Shown piece after piece: positions 45,601-58,809 of a stretch of 64,000 nt of DNA. The stretch lies in NCBI GenBank assembly GCA_051362555.1, contig CM120640.1, positions 24,724,225 to 24,788,224 on the forward strand, read 5' to 3'. The notes below the pieces were generated by a model that was not told the origin of the DNA, ran no database searches, and worked only from the letters and a program-made list of their open reading frames with translations. Each line of letters opens with the position of its first letter. Position 1 is the first letter of the stretch. A program made the translations under genes and the position numbers. Source of the DNA: Lingula anatina (lineage: Eukaryota; Animalia; Brachiopoda).

Positions 45601-48600
45601 AATTTAAATTTTACCTGAGCTGAAGGGAAGAGTTTTGATACTAATGATGAGGCTAAAAAATGCCAAAATTTGGACAGATAGTATTTTGCATCAAAAACGA
45701 TCACATCTCATCAACATGAAATGCAACCTCACCTATGAAATAATCATAATTTTCATTTATAAGACTAAACTTTTTGTCAAATATGAGCTGTACTGTATCT
45801 GAATCTATCTAAAATAGTTTAATACTTAAAAATTGACAGCACTTTTTTCTAAAATGTCATTTCCATTCATTTTTTAAAATTCTTTTCCAGTCAAAGAATG
45901 TTAACTTTTGTTTGACTTCAAGTGCACCTGGAAACAGTATAACATAGTTATTCTTTTCTATTAGATTTTTTTCTGTTAAAAGCTCTAAAAGAAGAAAAAT
46001 TGCAATCTGTTCATCTAAAACACTTAAAATATATGGTCTGTATAGACTAATGTCTGTACAGTCTGCTCACTTCTGTCTGGCCTCAGCTCAGGTAAATTGT
46101 AAAGGTGAGTCTCAGTGCAACAAAATATTACCCACATGTTCAAGTCAACTGACAGGAAACATTAAGTCTGATTCTATTCAAGTAAATCTTTTCTCAGACA
46201 CAACTTAATTCCAGGTAAAAAAACTATTCACTTAAACATTCAAAAACCCTGAAACGAAGCATAAAATGACAAAACAATGGTTTCCTACCCCTGCTCTAAA
46301 TGGATTGTTTCTTACCCCACGCCCCTTTCTGATAACAGAGAGTGTTAACCTCAAGGCATTTGATAGATTTTACCCGTTTCTGCCAGATAGCGTTTCTAAA
46401 TTGAGAACAATCTGATGCCTGCTGCAATCACTCCAGTTTCACAAACTATCATTGTTAAAATGAAGCAAAAACTGCAGCAATGCCAACTAAATCTAGAGCA
46501 AGGTGGTGAAATGACTAATTATACAGTAGAATGAAGCCAAAATGAAATAGAACCCAAGAACTCTGGCCAAAATCACCCCAGCAGTCGTGTACAGTTTCTA
46601 CTGTATGGTGGTTGAGCCAGGGTCTGTCAAGCAGCACTGGCTGCCAACACACACTTGCTGCCTCCATTGCTACTTCTGTAAACTAAGTGGTGGGAAAGTT
46701 GGCCAATTTTCTGATGGCCACATAAATAACTGCCTAGCTCTGCCAAAAACTTGTGCTAAAATGATGAGGCAATCAGTTGCCAGCTCCACTCCTGCTATAA
46801 GCAATATGCTTTCAAAAACCAAGCCAAAGTTGCAGGCCAAGTTACAGCCGGCAAATGGCAGAAGAATCGTCAGAACTTACAAGAGATGAATACGGCATTG
46901 ACATCATCATCATCTTGCCGAGTGTGGTGTGCGCAGTACTATGCACGGTGTGACTGCACAGTTCCATCCACTGTCTGCTCACTATATAGATTTTCAGAGG
47001 TTAGCTCCTGATGACCTCTATATTGTTAATGCTGTGCCCTGAAGAATTTCTCAGATACCACTGTTGGACCCAGGTAGACCCAAGAAATGATTGTCCGCCC
47101 TTGACATGAGGTGTAGGACTATGATTAATTACCCGAGGAGAAGAACTCCTGATTTGATTGTGCCATTGTTTTGGGCACTATCTTATCCATCTTCATCTAT
47201 TGAGTTCCTTGCAGGAAACGGGATTCCCTTGATCATACAATTAAGGAAGAATAAGTGTTAAACCTTGTTAGGACCAAGTCCCAGACAGGCTGTGTGCAGC
47301 AAAAAAACACGCTGCTTTCAGAGATGGAGAGAGATTATAAGTCATTTCCAGGATTACCTGCTTATCATTGGATCAGAACTTTTCGCCTACCTAAGACTTT
47401 TGGCAACAGCAACAGGTTTCTTCATTTGCTGTACGAGTTGCTAGACCCGAGGAAAAATCCATGATTATCACAGCCCCAATGAATTATCTCATATTTTCTA
47501 GCCCTCTGATAAAAGCAGGCAGGTAAATATCAGGTGAGTCAAATATTTTCTTCTTCAGAGCTTTTCTAGGTGTATATATTTTTGACCCAGGGCTAAGCAT
47601 TTGTCATTTTCCAATACAGTTGTACAGTTCCTCTGGTAAAAAGAATAACTTCATTGCTTTCCCTTCAATTACAGTCCTTTAATTACATTTTTCTGGATAT
47701 GGTTATCCAAACAATTTCAATGCAAGATGCTGAATTCATCAAAATATCCCTTTCATCCATAGGAAATGTTAATGCACCTTCATAATATAAGGAAATAATT
47801 GTAAGAAACTTTCAACACAAAGCAGAGCCAAATGTTTCCTCTACATTATTAAGTTTCAAAACAGAATTGACATATCATTACACAGTACTTTAATTTTTTT
47901 TCACAGTTTTACTCAAAGTCCAAATTCAGGAAGTACATCCACACAGTCAAAACACATGACAAGACCACAAAAGTAAGAAACAGCCAAGATCAGGAAGCAA
48001 CAGATGATAAATTTTTGTAGACAATAGCTGAATCAGAGTCACAAGAAACTATATGTTGCTGATAGAAATCAGCTTTTAGATAAAAAGGACTAAATGAAAT
48101 AAAAAACATGCCATCAAAATAATTACAAATAAATCCCTTTGTAAAGCATGACCTCAAATTCTACCAGTCAGCTTTTTAAGCCTTCAACTTTTCTTTGCTT
48201 CCAAGACTTTGTTTTGAATTTTTGTTCTCTTGCCTTTTAAAACAGATGAATTTCAAAGAAAAAGAGCTATTTTTCTTTCCCATTTTTCTCATTTTCTATA
48301 GCCGAGTAGCTCTGGGCAATGTTAAGAGATAGACTCCTTCATAAGTTCTGGATCTGTACCTCCTCACAATGTTGTCGAGTTCCTACCTAACCCTATCCCA
48401 CCAACCTGTATTTCCATGGTGTATCTAGACCTTTCCAAAGTCTGCTCATATTCCTACGTACTTCTCAAGTCTGCTTTACATCTGCTTCTGCATTCTGACA
48501 TCACAAACACTGTATGTGTGGATCAGGGAGTGAAAAAAAATAACATTACAGCAGAGAAGCTTGTAATTCTGTATGTCATACTCTCCTTCCTTGGAATACA

Positions 48601-51600
48601 GTTGCGTTTTCACTTATAACAACCACTATCAACATTAACTTGCTCTGCCTGATCAAATGTTATACATTACCAGGGGCCCAAATATAAAACAGGCTGGCTT
48701 TTTCCAGCAACTTAATAAAGAAGCCAAGTTTCACAGTTGTTCTGCCCTTCCCATTGCCCCAGAATAGTTCTAAAACAGTTATTCAAAATGTAAACTTGGT
48801 ACAACAGAAAGCAACATAAAATCTCTGACTGACCATCCCTTCATAATCACAAGAAGTTTTCCAGACTTTTTTTTTCTTGAAGATATGTAGAAGTCAATAT
48901 ATCCAAGGTTGAATCTGAAGAAAAAAATTCAATCTGACTTGCGGGCTTCTAAAGGAGCCCTATTTTCACTGAGGTTAATGGTTCTTCTAGGTGTTCCTAC
49001 ATATATCCCGATAACTGTGTGAAGGCTTTAATTGTGATGGGATCACTTTCACCTTATGTTAGGACCCGCATGGTGATAACTGCCAGTTGTTGACTTTTCA
49101 GTGGGAACTGTTGATTCTTTCCATGGAGCAAAAACAATGCTGTCATCTAAGCAATGGATAACTCTCATTTCCTCATTACTTGACTATCCCATCCCTTTTT
49201 TTGGGGAGCAAGAGAGCATCTGAACTATGCACTGATGACTGTGAGTAAGATTTAACTGCCTTAAATGACTTTCATAAAGCACTTTGCTGTTTTTTATGGG
49301 CACTCTATTTTTAAACTGTTCACAAATAACATTGATATTTGTTTTTATTAACGATATTTCTTTGAGCTTCTAATTCGAGCTCAGAAATCAGAAAAAAAAT
49401 GTGGTTCCAGCCTTACTTCTTATCAGTTGTTTAATCATATTTCTATGCTAATATCAGTAATTTCTTAATCACAAGATATCAGGACCAATTTTAACAGTTC
49501 AAATGCCTTCTAGAGAACACTCAAAATTAAAAGCTTCAGTGGGAAAACTCTGGCTGATCCTGTAAATTGATAAACATAATATCAAAGAATCAAATCTACT
49601 GTGCACTCAATCATTTCCCTACCAAACACACAGGAAGTACAAGTTCACTCTTTCACAGTCTACCTATTCATGTAAAAAAATAATAATTACATTTCCTATT
49701 TCACAGACTTTGAGACAGCCCATAAACCTCTAGTTTGCTACACCCAAAACAATAAAATTTAATTAATTTTTTAACTTCCTCATAGAATAATAAGAGTCAA
49801 TCTTGCTATTTAGCAGTTTTTTCATAACTAATGGATCAGGAATCACAACTCAGCAACTTCCTTGCTGCCCATGCATGTCTGATTGGTCAGGCAGTGACCA
49901 GCCTATCTCAATGTCAAAGGACAGATGTGTCCAGCTGTGAAACAAGACCAGATGTTGCTACTGGGCACAACTGGACATGTCCAGTTGCTGTCATATAGCC
50001 TTGGCTCCAGGCAACAGATGGTGGGCTCAGATATCTTACAAGGCTGGACAATACAGCTGGGGGCTACTGTGCGGACATTGCCATTCCTCCCCGCACACTC
50101 CTTTATTATAATGCTAACGGGAATTTGATGCTTCTCATAAAAACACACCAGAAAACCCCTTCTGACACATCTCCAACATTTTTATGCTACACCTTTTGGG
50201 TTCAGTGCAACAAATTTAATAGAAATATTTTTAAAAAATCAGTGAAATTATTTATTCTACTGCATAATTGCACCACTACACATCGATAAACGATCAATCC
50301 AATGGCAGTTAGTTTTTTTTTTTTTTAATCAAGAACCAAACTTGCTTGCAGCTGGAAAAAATGCATCATTTAACCAAACCAATGCAAATTCAATGCATTT
50401 AAAATCTCTTACTAATTAATATCTTCTCATTTTATCTTTATCTATTTATTTTTTTAGTTTTGTTATAAATACAATAGAAAACTGCAAGTTTTGAAAGATC
50501 TACAAATGTAGTTGACGCTTTGCCCTTTTTCAAAGGAAAGTCACAATGATTCACCAAGACACTGCAGGTAGTGCAGCAAAATATTCCGAACACAATCCAC
50601 AAAATCAACTACAAGAACAAGGGGGTTCATGCTTTTTACATATCCTTTTAAATAATTTTTGGAGTGACTCTTTCAGTCCTACACTCTGTCCTTTTAAAAT
50701 GAGACAATATTTTGATCAAATAACACAATACAAAGGTCTCGTAAAGATTAGTAACCATAGTGACCATAGGGGTTGTTTCTGTTTATATTTTAACTGTGCT
50801 TTGCTTGCAGCTAATAATCCCAACTCCATAATTCCTTGAATTAACTTGTGCTGTTGGTAATCTACCCACTGAATATATAGGCAGTCTCTTAATCACAGGT
50901 TACCTAACCAATCTGACCAGACAGACACAAACAAATCAATCAATAGCCCTGGTAATTAGAAGGTCTGAATGCTTTCCTGTGTGCTAGTGACCACTGTACA
51001 GTAATGAAGTCTAGCAAAATTAATGAGGCATTCATTTTCCTTTTTCTGTTTTTCACGTTTATAATTTTTATTCATTAGGTGCAGATTTTGATAAAAAAAA
51101 CTTTTTACTTGCATGGACTTCCAAAGGGTGGATTTTGGAGCAATTAAAGGCATAGGGGAAACTTTTTGTATCAAAATTCAGGGGAGTTTTGTCATTGATA
51201 ACCAATGCCAGGCATAGATATGACATGACAAAAAAAAACCCAATTACATTAGTTGCAAAAAATAAATAATAAAAATTCCAAACCCCACACATAACCTTAA
51301 GAGAACCAATGACAGACAAATTTTGGTTGGGAATTATTTAGCATGATCTGGAAAACACATCCTGATACAGTAATTTTAAAAGTAAATAATGTGGGGAAGC
51401 TGATAATTAGCAGTAAAAGTATAATATCAAAATGCAATCTAAAGCTATTTTATGTATCATTTTGCACCTAGTACTTCTACCTGTTATAAAAAAAATCATG
51501 CCTCTAAATCATATCAATTACCACATTCTCACCAGAATATTGAAATTAATAAGAATATTAATGGTCAACAAATGGTCAACTCTTTTAATTATAGTACCCC

Positions 51601-54600
51601 CCCACTAATTGAACAATGTTGCTATCAAAGCCATTAATTATTATCTAAAATATTCCTTTCTCTCTCTTTCAAATGTCAAAAAAGTAATTTTTTTTTGAAA
51701 AATGTAAAAGAAAACTATTCACTTACTGGAAAAAACAGCTGGATTTTTAAAATAACAATATAAATTCTACACCATTATACCAGACTCGTTTCATAAACTT
51801 CCAATCAAGTCACATTAACAAGTCTTCTTATATTTTATATTCTATTGATATTATATCTTCTACAGTCTTCTATTTCTTATTACCGTATTATATATATGTA
51901 TTCAGACTGAATAAAGGGAATGCAAAATTGACACAACAACCATAAACAGTGTTGTATTGGAGGGGCAATATTTTCTCCCTTTCAAATGATTTTTTTTTAC
52001 TCAGAAAGATAAATGTTGATTAAAATGAAGTTAAATCATACAGTGCTTTAAGTAAGATGTCAAAACATCAACAATGCAGAGTATTAAACATTTTAACATT
52101 ATCAGGGAAGCCAAAAATTGTTGAAGTTTTGATAAATTTTTTAACGGTACCAAATCAGTCCAAAGAACATGACATAACAATGTTGAACAATTCTGTGAAC
52201 CACTATGTCTGGGTTATACAATAATAATAAAAAAAACATTTGGAATCAACATTACTTCATACCATTTCAAGCACAAATCAAGAAATGAGCTTTAACAAGC
52301 AGAAGGGGAACCTCCATTTATTCATGTTCATCTTTATTCACTGACATAACTAAAACATGTGTTGTGGTAAGGACATTCAACAAACTGCACCAGCATAAAA
52401 TATTCCTCCTGTTAGAACAGCTGCATTCAGAAACCTGTAGCAGAACAGAATGAAATAACATTTGATACCAACTTGCCCTCCCACATGAACACATGCTAGC
52501 TGACCATTTCAATTTGTCAAGATTCAAAGTGTATTTGATCCGAGGCCTGTCATTTATTACAAGGCAGTGTTCAGAACAGCAAAAGAAAACACATACTACT
52601 GACACAGAAAAAAATGGACCATTCTCTCTGGGTCGGTGCAAGACACTTAATTTTAGAAAAATAATTTTAATTTTTTTGGCATGACATTGAGAATACTTGT
52701 TATGTCACTATTGGAGAGACAAATCCAGTATGTGAAGGTGTATGTCGCAGAAAACTGATAAACAAATAGTATGAAGATTTAATTTCTTGATAAAAAAAAA
52801 ATATGTTATAGAATCTCAGGAGGGTAACTCATCCGCCCATTCAGTATGTACTTATGCTGATTACGGTTATCATGCATAATTCTGGATAATATGTCAGACA
52901 ACAAGCAGACTTTGCAAATTTTGATGATTAATATTTGATAACATTTTCTATTTCTTGTACTGTAAAAATACTCGACATTTTTTAACATCCTGTCATATAA
53001 AGTCATCCATTTGTATTAATTATTCAGTTTTAAAATATCAAGGAATTGCATTGGAAAAAAATGCAAAATGTTGGCACTGTCACTGATATAAATTGAAAGT
53101 GTTAACATTCAAAAGAGAAAAACTAATATATTATGAAGAGATCAGGTTCCTTTTTTTCAATGAAACCCATACAAAACACCAAACTACAATTCAAACAAAT
53201 GAGGATATAGCCATGCAATAGATTTTTGTGAGCTTGTGCTTTCTGGTTTTAACATAACCTACTTTTACCATAAAACCACACATCTTTTTTCTCCTTCCAT
53301 ATTTCCAAGTCTAGCATATAGAATATTTTCACATTTAAACATAACCTTTTCTTGCTTTCATCACAATAATTTAACATTTGACAGCTTTCACTTCAAATAA
53401 TTCCAAGAATAATGCATGTTTCAGTTGCAAAAACCTCCCTACCTCCTCCTCTGGTTGTAGCCCTCTGCTCGACTATGTACACATGATGTTGGAACAAATA
53501 CAGGGAACTAAAGCCAGAACTGCTCTCTGGCAAAGCATTTAAAGGGGTATGGTGCACTGGGCTGCAGTCCAACTGGTGTTTATACATCATGGTACATATT
53601 GTATACTTTGAGTTCACAGAAGTTCTGTATTGCAAGCAATCGAAAAATCATTGCCAGGATTGAAGAATTTTTAGAACACTGGTAAAAAAAAGACATTCTC
53701 TTATTTTGGTGAACAATTTTCAACAGGATCATGCTCAGTTATTTTGCTTTTTAAAGTCTGCACTTATCTGTCCAACAACAGGTCAAATCTGATTCTCAAA
53801 GGGCAAGTTGTGTTGAACAGAAGGACGGAGAGAAAAAATGTCCAGATAACTGCCGGCCTTTGCTAGCTAGTAACAGTTGGAATTCTTCAGTATATGTACA
53901 TTGAACTCCAATTACACAGAGGCCCAGACATTTCTCACTATATTACAGACCCAGACGGTTTAATATTTTTGCCTCAGTGGCAACCAGACAGCATACAAAC
54001 AGAATATAGGGTAGAAGGCAGAAATCTAGACCACTTCATTTCCACTAAAATGTGTGATCAATACCAGATTTATATAATGTTAGTTAAGTGTTGCAACAGT
54101 ATGTTTTACATAGATGGACGTTTTACAAAGTTCCTGGGCAGGGGTACCTCGATACTGAGCCCAACAGCAGGATTATACCAGAAACCAAGCCTAGGAACAT
54201 CCACACTCCTGGCCCTTACTGTGCAAATGAGGTCAGAGGCAAGGCTAATGCCACATCTATATACAAACCTATGCAGTATGTAGCTGCTATAGGAGGCAAA
54301 GGAGAAGCTTTGCAAGAAAGGTAGAGGCCAGGGCCTCAGACAGAAACTGTATACCCCATTAAGTAATTTGCAAAAAAAGTTCTGTTGTTAAGGAAACCTG
54401 GTCTCACTAAAGGTGAACAGCTGAAACTGGGGATGTATAAAACACTGGGCTGATCCTGCAATGTATTCACAACTTGTTACTTTTTCTTTATAAACATACA
54501 CATTAAACTATTCATCTTATTTGTGGATCATGAATTACATGATCATAAGAAGAGCCAAATAATAATGATGACAACATACTGTGGAGCTACATTCTGATCT

Positions 54601-57428
54601 AAAAGTGATGACAATTCCATAATTTGCCACTAAAAAGAAATTTAAGTATTCAGCAGTAAAATGAAATAGAAAAAAATTTGCTCAAGGATATAATTCTTAT
54701 AACAGACTTAAAATATCATAAATATATATACTGAAAAGCACGAAGATCACAGAAAACTTTTGCTTCAGAAAGAATGATACAGTTACTGCTCTTACATGTT
54801 TGAACAATACACTAATCTGTTTGAATAATAGTTGTACATGTTTATACAAAAAACTTCACACATAGGTCCAAATTATTTATAAATTGGTTTCATAAGTTGC
54901 TTCAGAGCAACAGGAAGCAGAAGCAGAAATTCTGAGGGAGGATGTGAGAAGAGCACTCCACCTCTGCATACTTGAATTAGTCACCATCTTTAATCTCAAC
55001 AACCTGCTGCAATGCTAAGAAAGTACATATTGGTAGAAAAATTACACCCATTCCTTTCTTCAGATAGTTCCCAATTCTCATAAAATATTTCACATTCTTA
55101 CATAGTGATGGTTTTACGTTATTCAAATGCTTTTTGTTAATACTTCATCAATCTTTAAACACCAACTATTTGAAATTAAAACTCTTAAATTTTCCCATTT
55201 GATCCCATCCATAACAATTTTATACAGGATAAAGGACATGTCAGTCAACAAAAATGTGTAAAATAAACCTTAACTAGTCGATTTTAATAAATAATGAATG
55301 ATATCATGAGGTCAAACAAACTATTGCAAAGTATATACTTTATAACTGTCAAAAATATATAATAAGAATAGGCATTTTGGGAGTCACCCTGATTGGATAA
55401 ATTGAAAAGAGATGGAGATGATGATTGACAATACTTTTGGTATATTACATCTTTTATGCAACCAAAAATTGTTGTGTAACATAAGACCAAAGTCCCCTCA
55501 TAAAGCTAAAGGTCAATGCACTTCAAAACTGGGATATTTTTGATTAATGTTTTACTTTGTGTAGTTGTGTAACACTAACATTATTAAACAATCTGAAAAG
55601 CGTCCCATTTTGGCAAGGGGTGCAGCTGTAATGCAGACTTGTTTCCATTTCTGAATAATGGAAGACAATGAAATTTGTGAAAGACAACATCTAAGGCTTC
55701 ATTCACATGCAATGTCTATTTTCTAAATTCTATTTTCTATTCGCGCTATCTTATGATCACGATCTGTGCCCTGAATATCCCGCCGCGTAATTACTGGCAG
55801 CGCGAGCCAGTTACTAATAGTAACTTATAGTAACTGGCTCGCGCTGCCAGTAATTACGCCGCAGGATATTCAGGGCACAGACCGTGATCATAAGACATAC
55901 CGCGAATAGAAAATAGAATTTAGAAAATAGACATTGCATGTGAACGAAACCTTAACCTTTGCATTTTTTTACAAAAAATCTTTCATCCATCTGTATAGCT
56001 TAATAGTACATTGTGATGTTTTGTGCTTATGTCACATGTTTATTGCTTAGCATCATGTGACTTGCAAAGAAAATGTAATGGCAGCAGTGTTCTGTCAATA
56101 TGGTAGACAAAAATACAATAAACGTGACAATTTCTTGACAACTAACATGTTGCCAGCTGCTTATTACTCAAACATTTCAAGAACAAAGACTAAACATCAA
56201 TAATTAAATGCTACTTGATTTCTCTTCCTTTTTTTTTTCTTTTAAGATTATATCATGAGAAAAATGGCATTGTATTACATGAATCCAAGCCACTGATTAG
56301 TAAGTTTCGAAATGCATATACCTATAGGGTTTTAGGTACATTGAGCATTAATGTTCAAACAAAACAAGGATGCCTACATTATAAATGCAACCAGTGAATG
56401 TACATGTACTGACAGGTTTGATGATCAAGACACCATATTGTCTGTTTACCCTTAAAAATAAGATAGGAAGGATAAACTACAAGGACTATCATTACATTTG
56501 AGAAAATCATTTCATTTAAACTAAAGTCAAGATTGTTAAGATGTTGAAAATGTTGCCATACCCACTGAGGGGCTTGCTTCAATTCTGACTCATGTATTCC
56601 TTGTGCAAAAAATATTTGAGTGATTTAATTCTCACAATGTTTTAGAACATGTGTTAGAAATTATTCACATAACCCAAACCATCTATAATATCATTCTTTA
56701 AGAGCTTCTCAGACAGTATAACCAGTAAGTTGCTGTCCAACTAGGCAACTTCACACCTAACGATTTTGTATAATTTCACTACAAACAATATTGACCTAGT
56801 TCAATTGAGGTCACCAGGTACCGTATTTCTGGAATGTTGTGATATATAAATCATATGTGATGTTCTACCTATAGGTTATATGACGCAGCATGAAACAATG
56901 CTTATCTTCATAAGTGTGTCGGATTTCTAAGAAACCTGGTGCTAGAAAACATCACGAGATCAAGTGTGTATCATGCGTATGGGAAGGGGGGCTGGGCACA
57001 CGGGTCTGCCATAACACACTTTTCGCGAGCTTCTCAGAACCATACCAGTATGTAATCCTATTAAGCTCCTATTCTATATGTAGTCTAGTTACGAGTTTTG
57101 TTTATCTCATAGAGGTGATAAGGCTACCACCAAAAGTTGGAGAGCTACTACAGCTAAAGTCTGTCAAGTTTTGACAGGCACTGGTGGCCGCCATATTGAA
57201 TATCATTATAAAAGATACTTCAGCATTCTATGGTCATATGTCTTTAGTTTGGTGTACATATACACTTCTGTACTGAGCTCTTACTAAACATAACAGTTAT
57301 TACCAACTCTTGTATCACTCCAGATTTTAACCAGCTTAACCTGACATTTTGACCCATGTCCCAAAGTCCGCCAAAATCCCCTAACGTCGTTGAATGTGCA
57401 AAACCAAAACAAAACTTACCATGGTCAT
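26976..57428 (-). CDS. NFI: Nuclear factor I (CTF/NF-I) transcription factor, whole spliced gene from the proximal start, ~647 aa
   Basis: MTM|[113 protein letters not shown] is the NFI DNA-binding/dimerisation domain. Downstream conserved islands [26 protein letters not shown] and [14 protein letters not shown]; 12 exons in phase (1944 nt). Confidence 0.95.
27283..27505 (-). CDS. NFI: NFI exon 11
   Basis: [47 protein letters not shown]. Confidence 0.88.
30601..30668. repeat. Compound (CT)n(AT)n microsatellite
   Basis: Seen directly; produces the spurious IYIYIY/ERERER ORF. Confidence 0.95.
32641..32810 (-). CDS. NFI: NFI exon 10 (Ser/Thr-rich)
   Basis: [45 protein letters not shown]; donor GTAAGT. 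Confidence 0.85.
33161..33290 (-). CDS. NFI: NFI exon 9 (proline-rich; alternative donor ends at 33137)
   Basis: [43 protein letters not shown]. Confidence 0.82.
33612..33733 (-). CDS. NFI: NFI exon 8
   Basis: [40 protein letters not shown]. Confidence 0.88.
34272..34475 (-). CDS. NFI: NFI exon 7 (GC donor)
   Basis: [28 protein letters not shown]; phase requires AAG|GCATGT. Confidence 0.78.
35248..35277. repeat. (GA)n microsatellite
   Basis: Seen directly. Confidence 0.85.
35637..35957 (-). CDS. NFI: NFI exon 6
   Basis: [38 protein letters not shown]; donor GTAAGT. Confidence 0.88.
41332..41424 (-). CDS. NFI: NFI exon 5
   Basis: [30 protein letters not shown]; resembles the vertebrate SGVFSVTELVRV motif; donor GTAAGT. 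Confidence 0.88.
42669..42719 (-). CDS. NFI: NFI exon 4 (51 nt, symmetric phase 1-1)
   Basis: [17 protein letters not shown]; polypyrimidine-AG and AAG|GTATAT. Confidence 0.65.
43609..43984 (-). CDS. NFI: NFI exon 3 (DNA-binding domain core)
   Basis: [49 protein letters not shown]. Confidence 0.96.
45402..45557 (-). CDS. NFI: NFI exon 2
   Basis: [52 protein letters not shown]. Confidence 0.96.
55692..55954. mobile_element. Foldback/palindromic MITE (~125-bp arms, 11-nt loop) in NFI intron 1
   Basis: TAAGGCTTCATTCACATGCAATGTCTATTTTCTAAATTC..GCAGCGCGAGCCAGTTACTA is the near-perfect reverse complement of TAGTAACTGGCTCGCGCTGC..GAATTTAGAAAATAGACATTGCATGTGAACGAAACCTTA; TA/TWA-type ends. Confidence 0.88.
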
Positions 57429-57800
57429 TTTTCTCCAAACCTACGCATAGGTTTGGGGTTTTACATCCTTCGTTGGCAACACCTGACTTCTCAGTACGTC
57501 TATCTACCCTATGAAAACGATATCTTCAACCAAAAACACACTTTGTGGCTGTTTTTTGGGAAAGTATTCAGCACCACAGATGTGTTGATATGGCGTAGTA
57601 TGTTATGGTGCAATCTTTTTGTTGATGTCCATTTCCGTATGCGCATTTGAATATCAATCAAACCATTGTAGACCAATCAAAACATTGTGCACGTGCGTCA
57701 CTTTCCATATAGGGAACAACATTGGCAGATGAAGGCGGGGCTTACGATTCATGAACCTGACATCATGTGCCCTGTTTATTTACAATCGTGGCACTTACGA
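57180..57800 (-). promoter_or_regulatory. NFI proximal promoter
   Basis: CCAAT boxes (57673-57677 plus; ATTGG at 57721), GC box GGCGGGGC (~57734), E-box/CRE-like GCACGTGCGTCAC (57688-57701), YY1-like AATATGGCGGCC (minus, 57187-57198); CpG-rich. Confidence 0.65.
57420..57428 (-). CDS. NFI: NFI proximal first coding exon (MTM)
   Basis: AAAATGACCATG|GTAAGT: consensus donor, phase 0 matching the DEFHPF exon, next to a CpG-rich promoter. Confidence 0.72.
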
Positions 57801-58809
57801 TTGAAAATTTAGATGAGAAATTTTTAACATTCCCGTGTTTCTATGGAAATCAGAAGTGCGTCATTTTTGACATGTGGATTATGATGCATTTAAAATTACT
57901 TCTCAGGACGAAAGCAAATGAAGAGCGTGGGGTTGTCCGAACTGATTTCACTTTCGCTTTTTGTTTCAATCTGCGCTTGTTTCCCTTTGTAAAATTGTAG
58001 CAGTTTCAGTAAATTCAGCGGCTCTCACCTCACCACCCCGTCAGTAGCCGAAAAATATGACAGACATTCTGAGACAGGAGAAAGAGAAAGGTGGAAGTTT
58101 ATAAGCCACAAAATTCAAAACATTTGTTTTAGCAAACAATTTTCTTTTACTCGCACGACAAAATTATCAATATTTAAGGATAAAATTATCAGTATCAAAT
58201 GCCAATAACGTAAATCTCAGATATAACGGTTTTATAAGTCAGCAGATAATTGGTGGCCAAAAATAGGCGTTTCGTTGGACAACCGCATCCCAGCCCCTGC
58301 CTACATGTACCTGCCGCATGCCCACTGACGGAGCCTGAATTTCAGAGAGATTTCAAAAGGGAAGAGCCGATAATTTTTTCTTTTTTCCTTTACTGTTCCC
58401 TCCTTGCAGTTCTGCTCGAAGAAATCAAGGTGAATGACGCGAATGTTATTATGCCTCCTCTCCCAAATCTGTTCACGTACATGTATGTTATTCTACTCCG
58501 ATTTCTGTTGCAACGGTTCGGTGTATTGTTTTACTTCTATATTTCTTTTACCATTCTATATATTCTATATATTGTTCGATACCCTGCCTGTTTCAAAGCA
58601 TTTAAGAAACTTCTTTATCTTTCACATCAGCGCGAAAGCAATCGTTGTAACGTTTTTGAGGATGGCATATGGAAACTAATCGTTCATAGGGTAGAAAATT
58701 GCAGTTTTTACTGAATCTGAAAAATAAATCTGCTAAGCAAAACAAATTGCTACTTGCCACATTTCGACCACCCATATTTCTTTGGGTGCAGTTTGAGTAT
58801 CATCGTTAT

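Noticed and set aside
53894-54324. 129-aa and 78-aa ORFs antisense within NFI intron 1
   Set aside because: No recognisable homology, motifs or exon context
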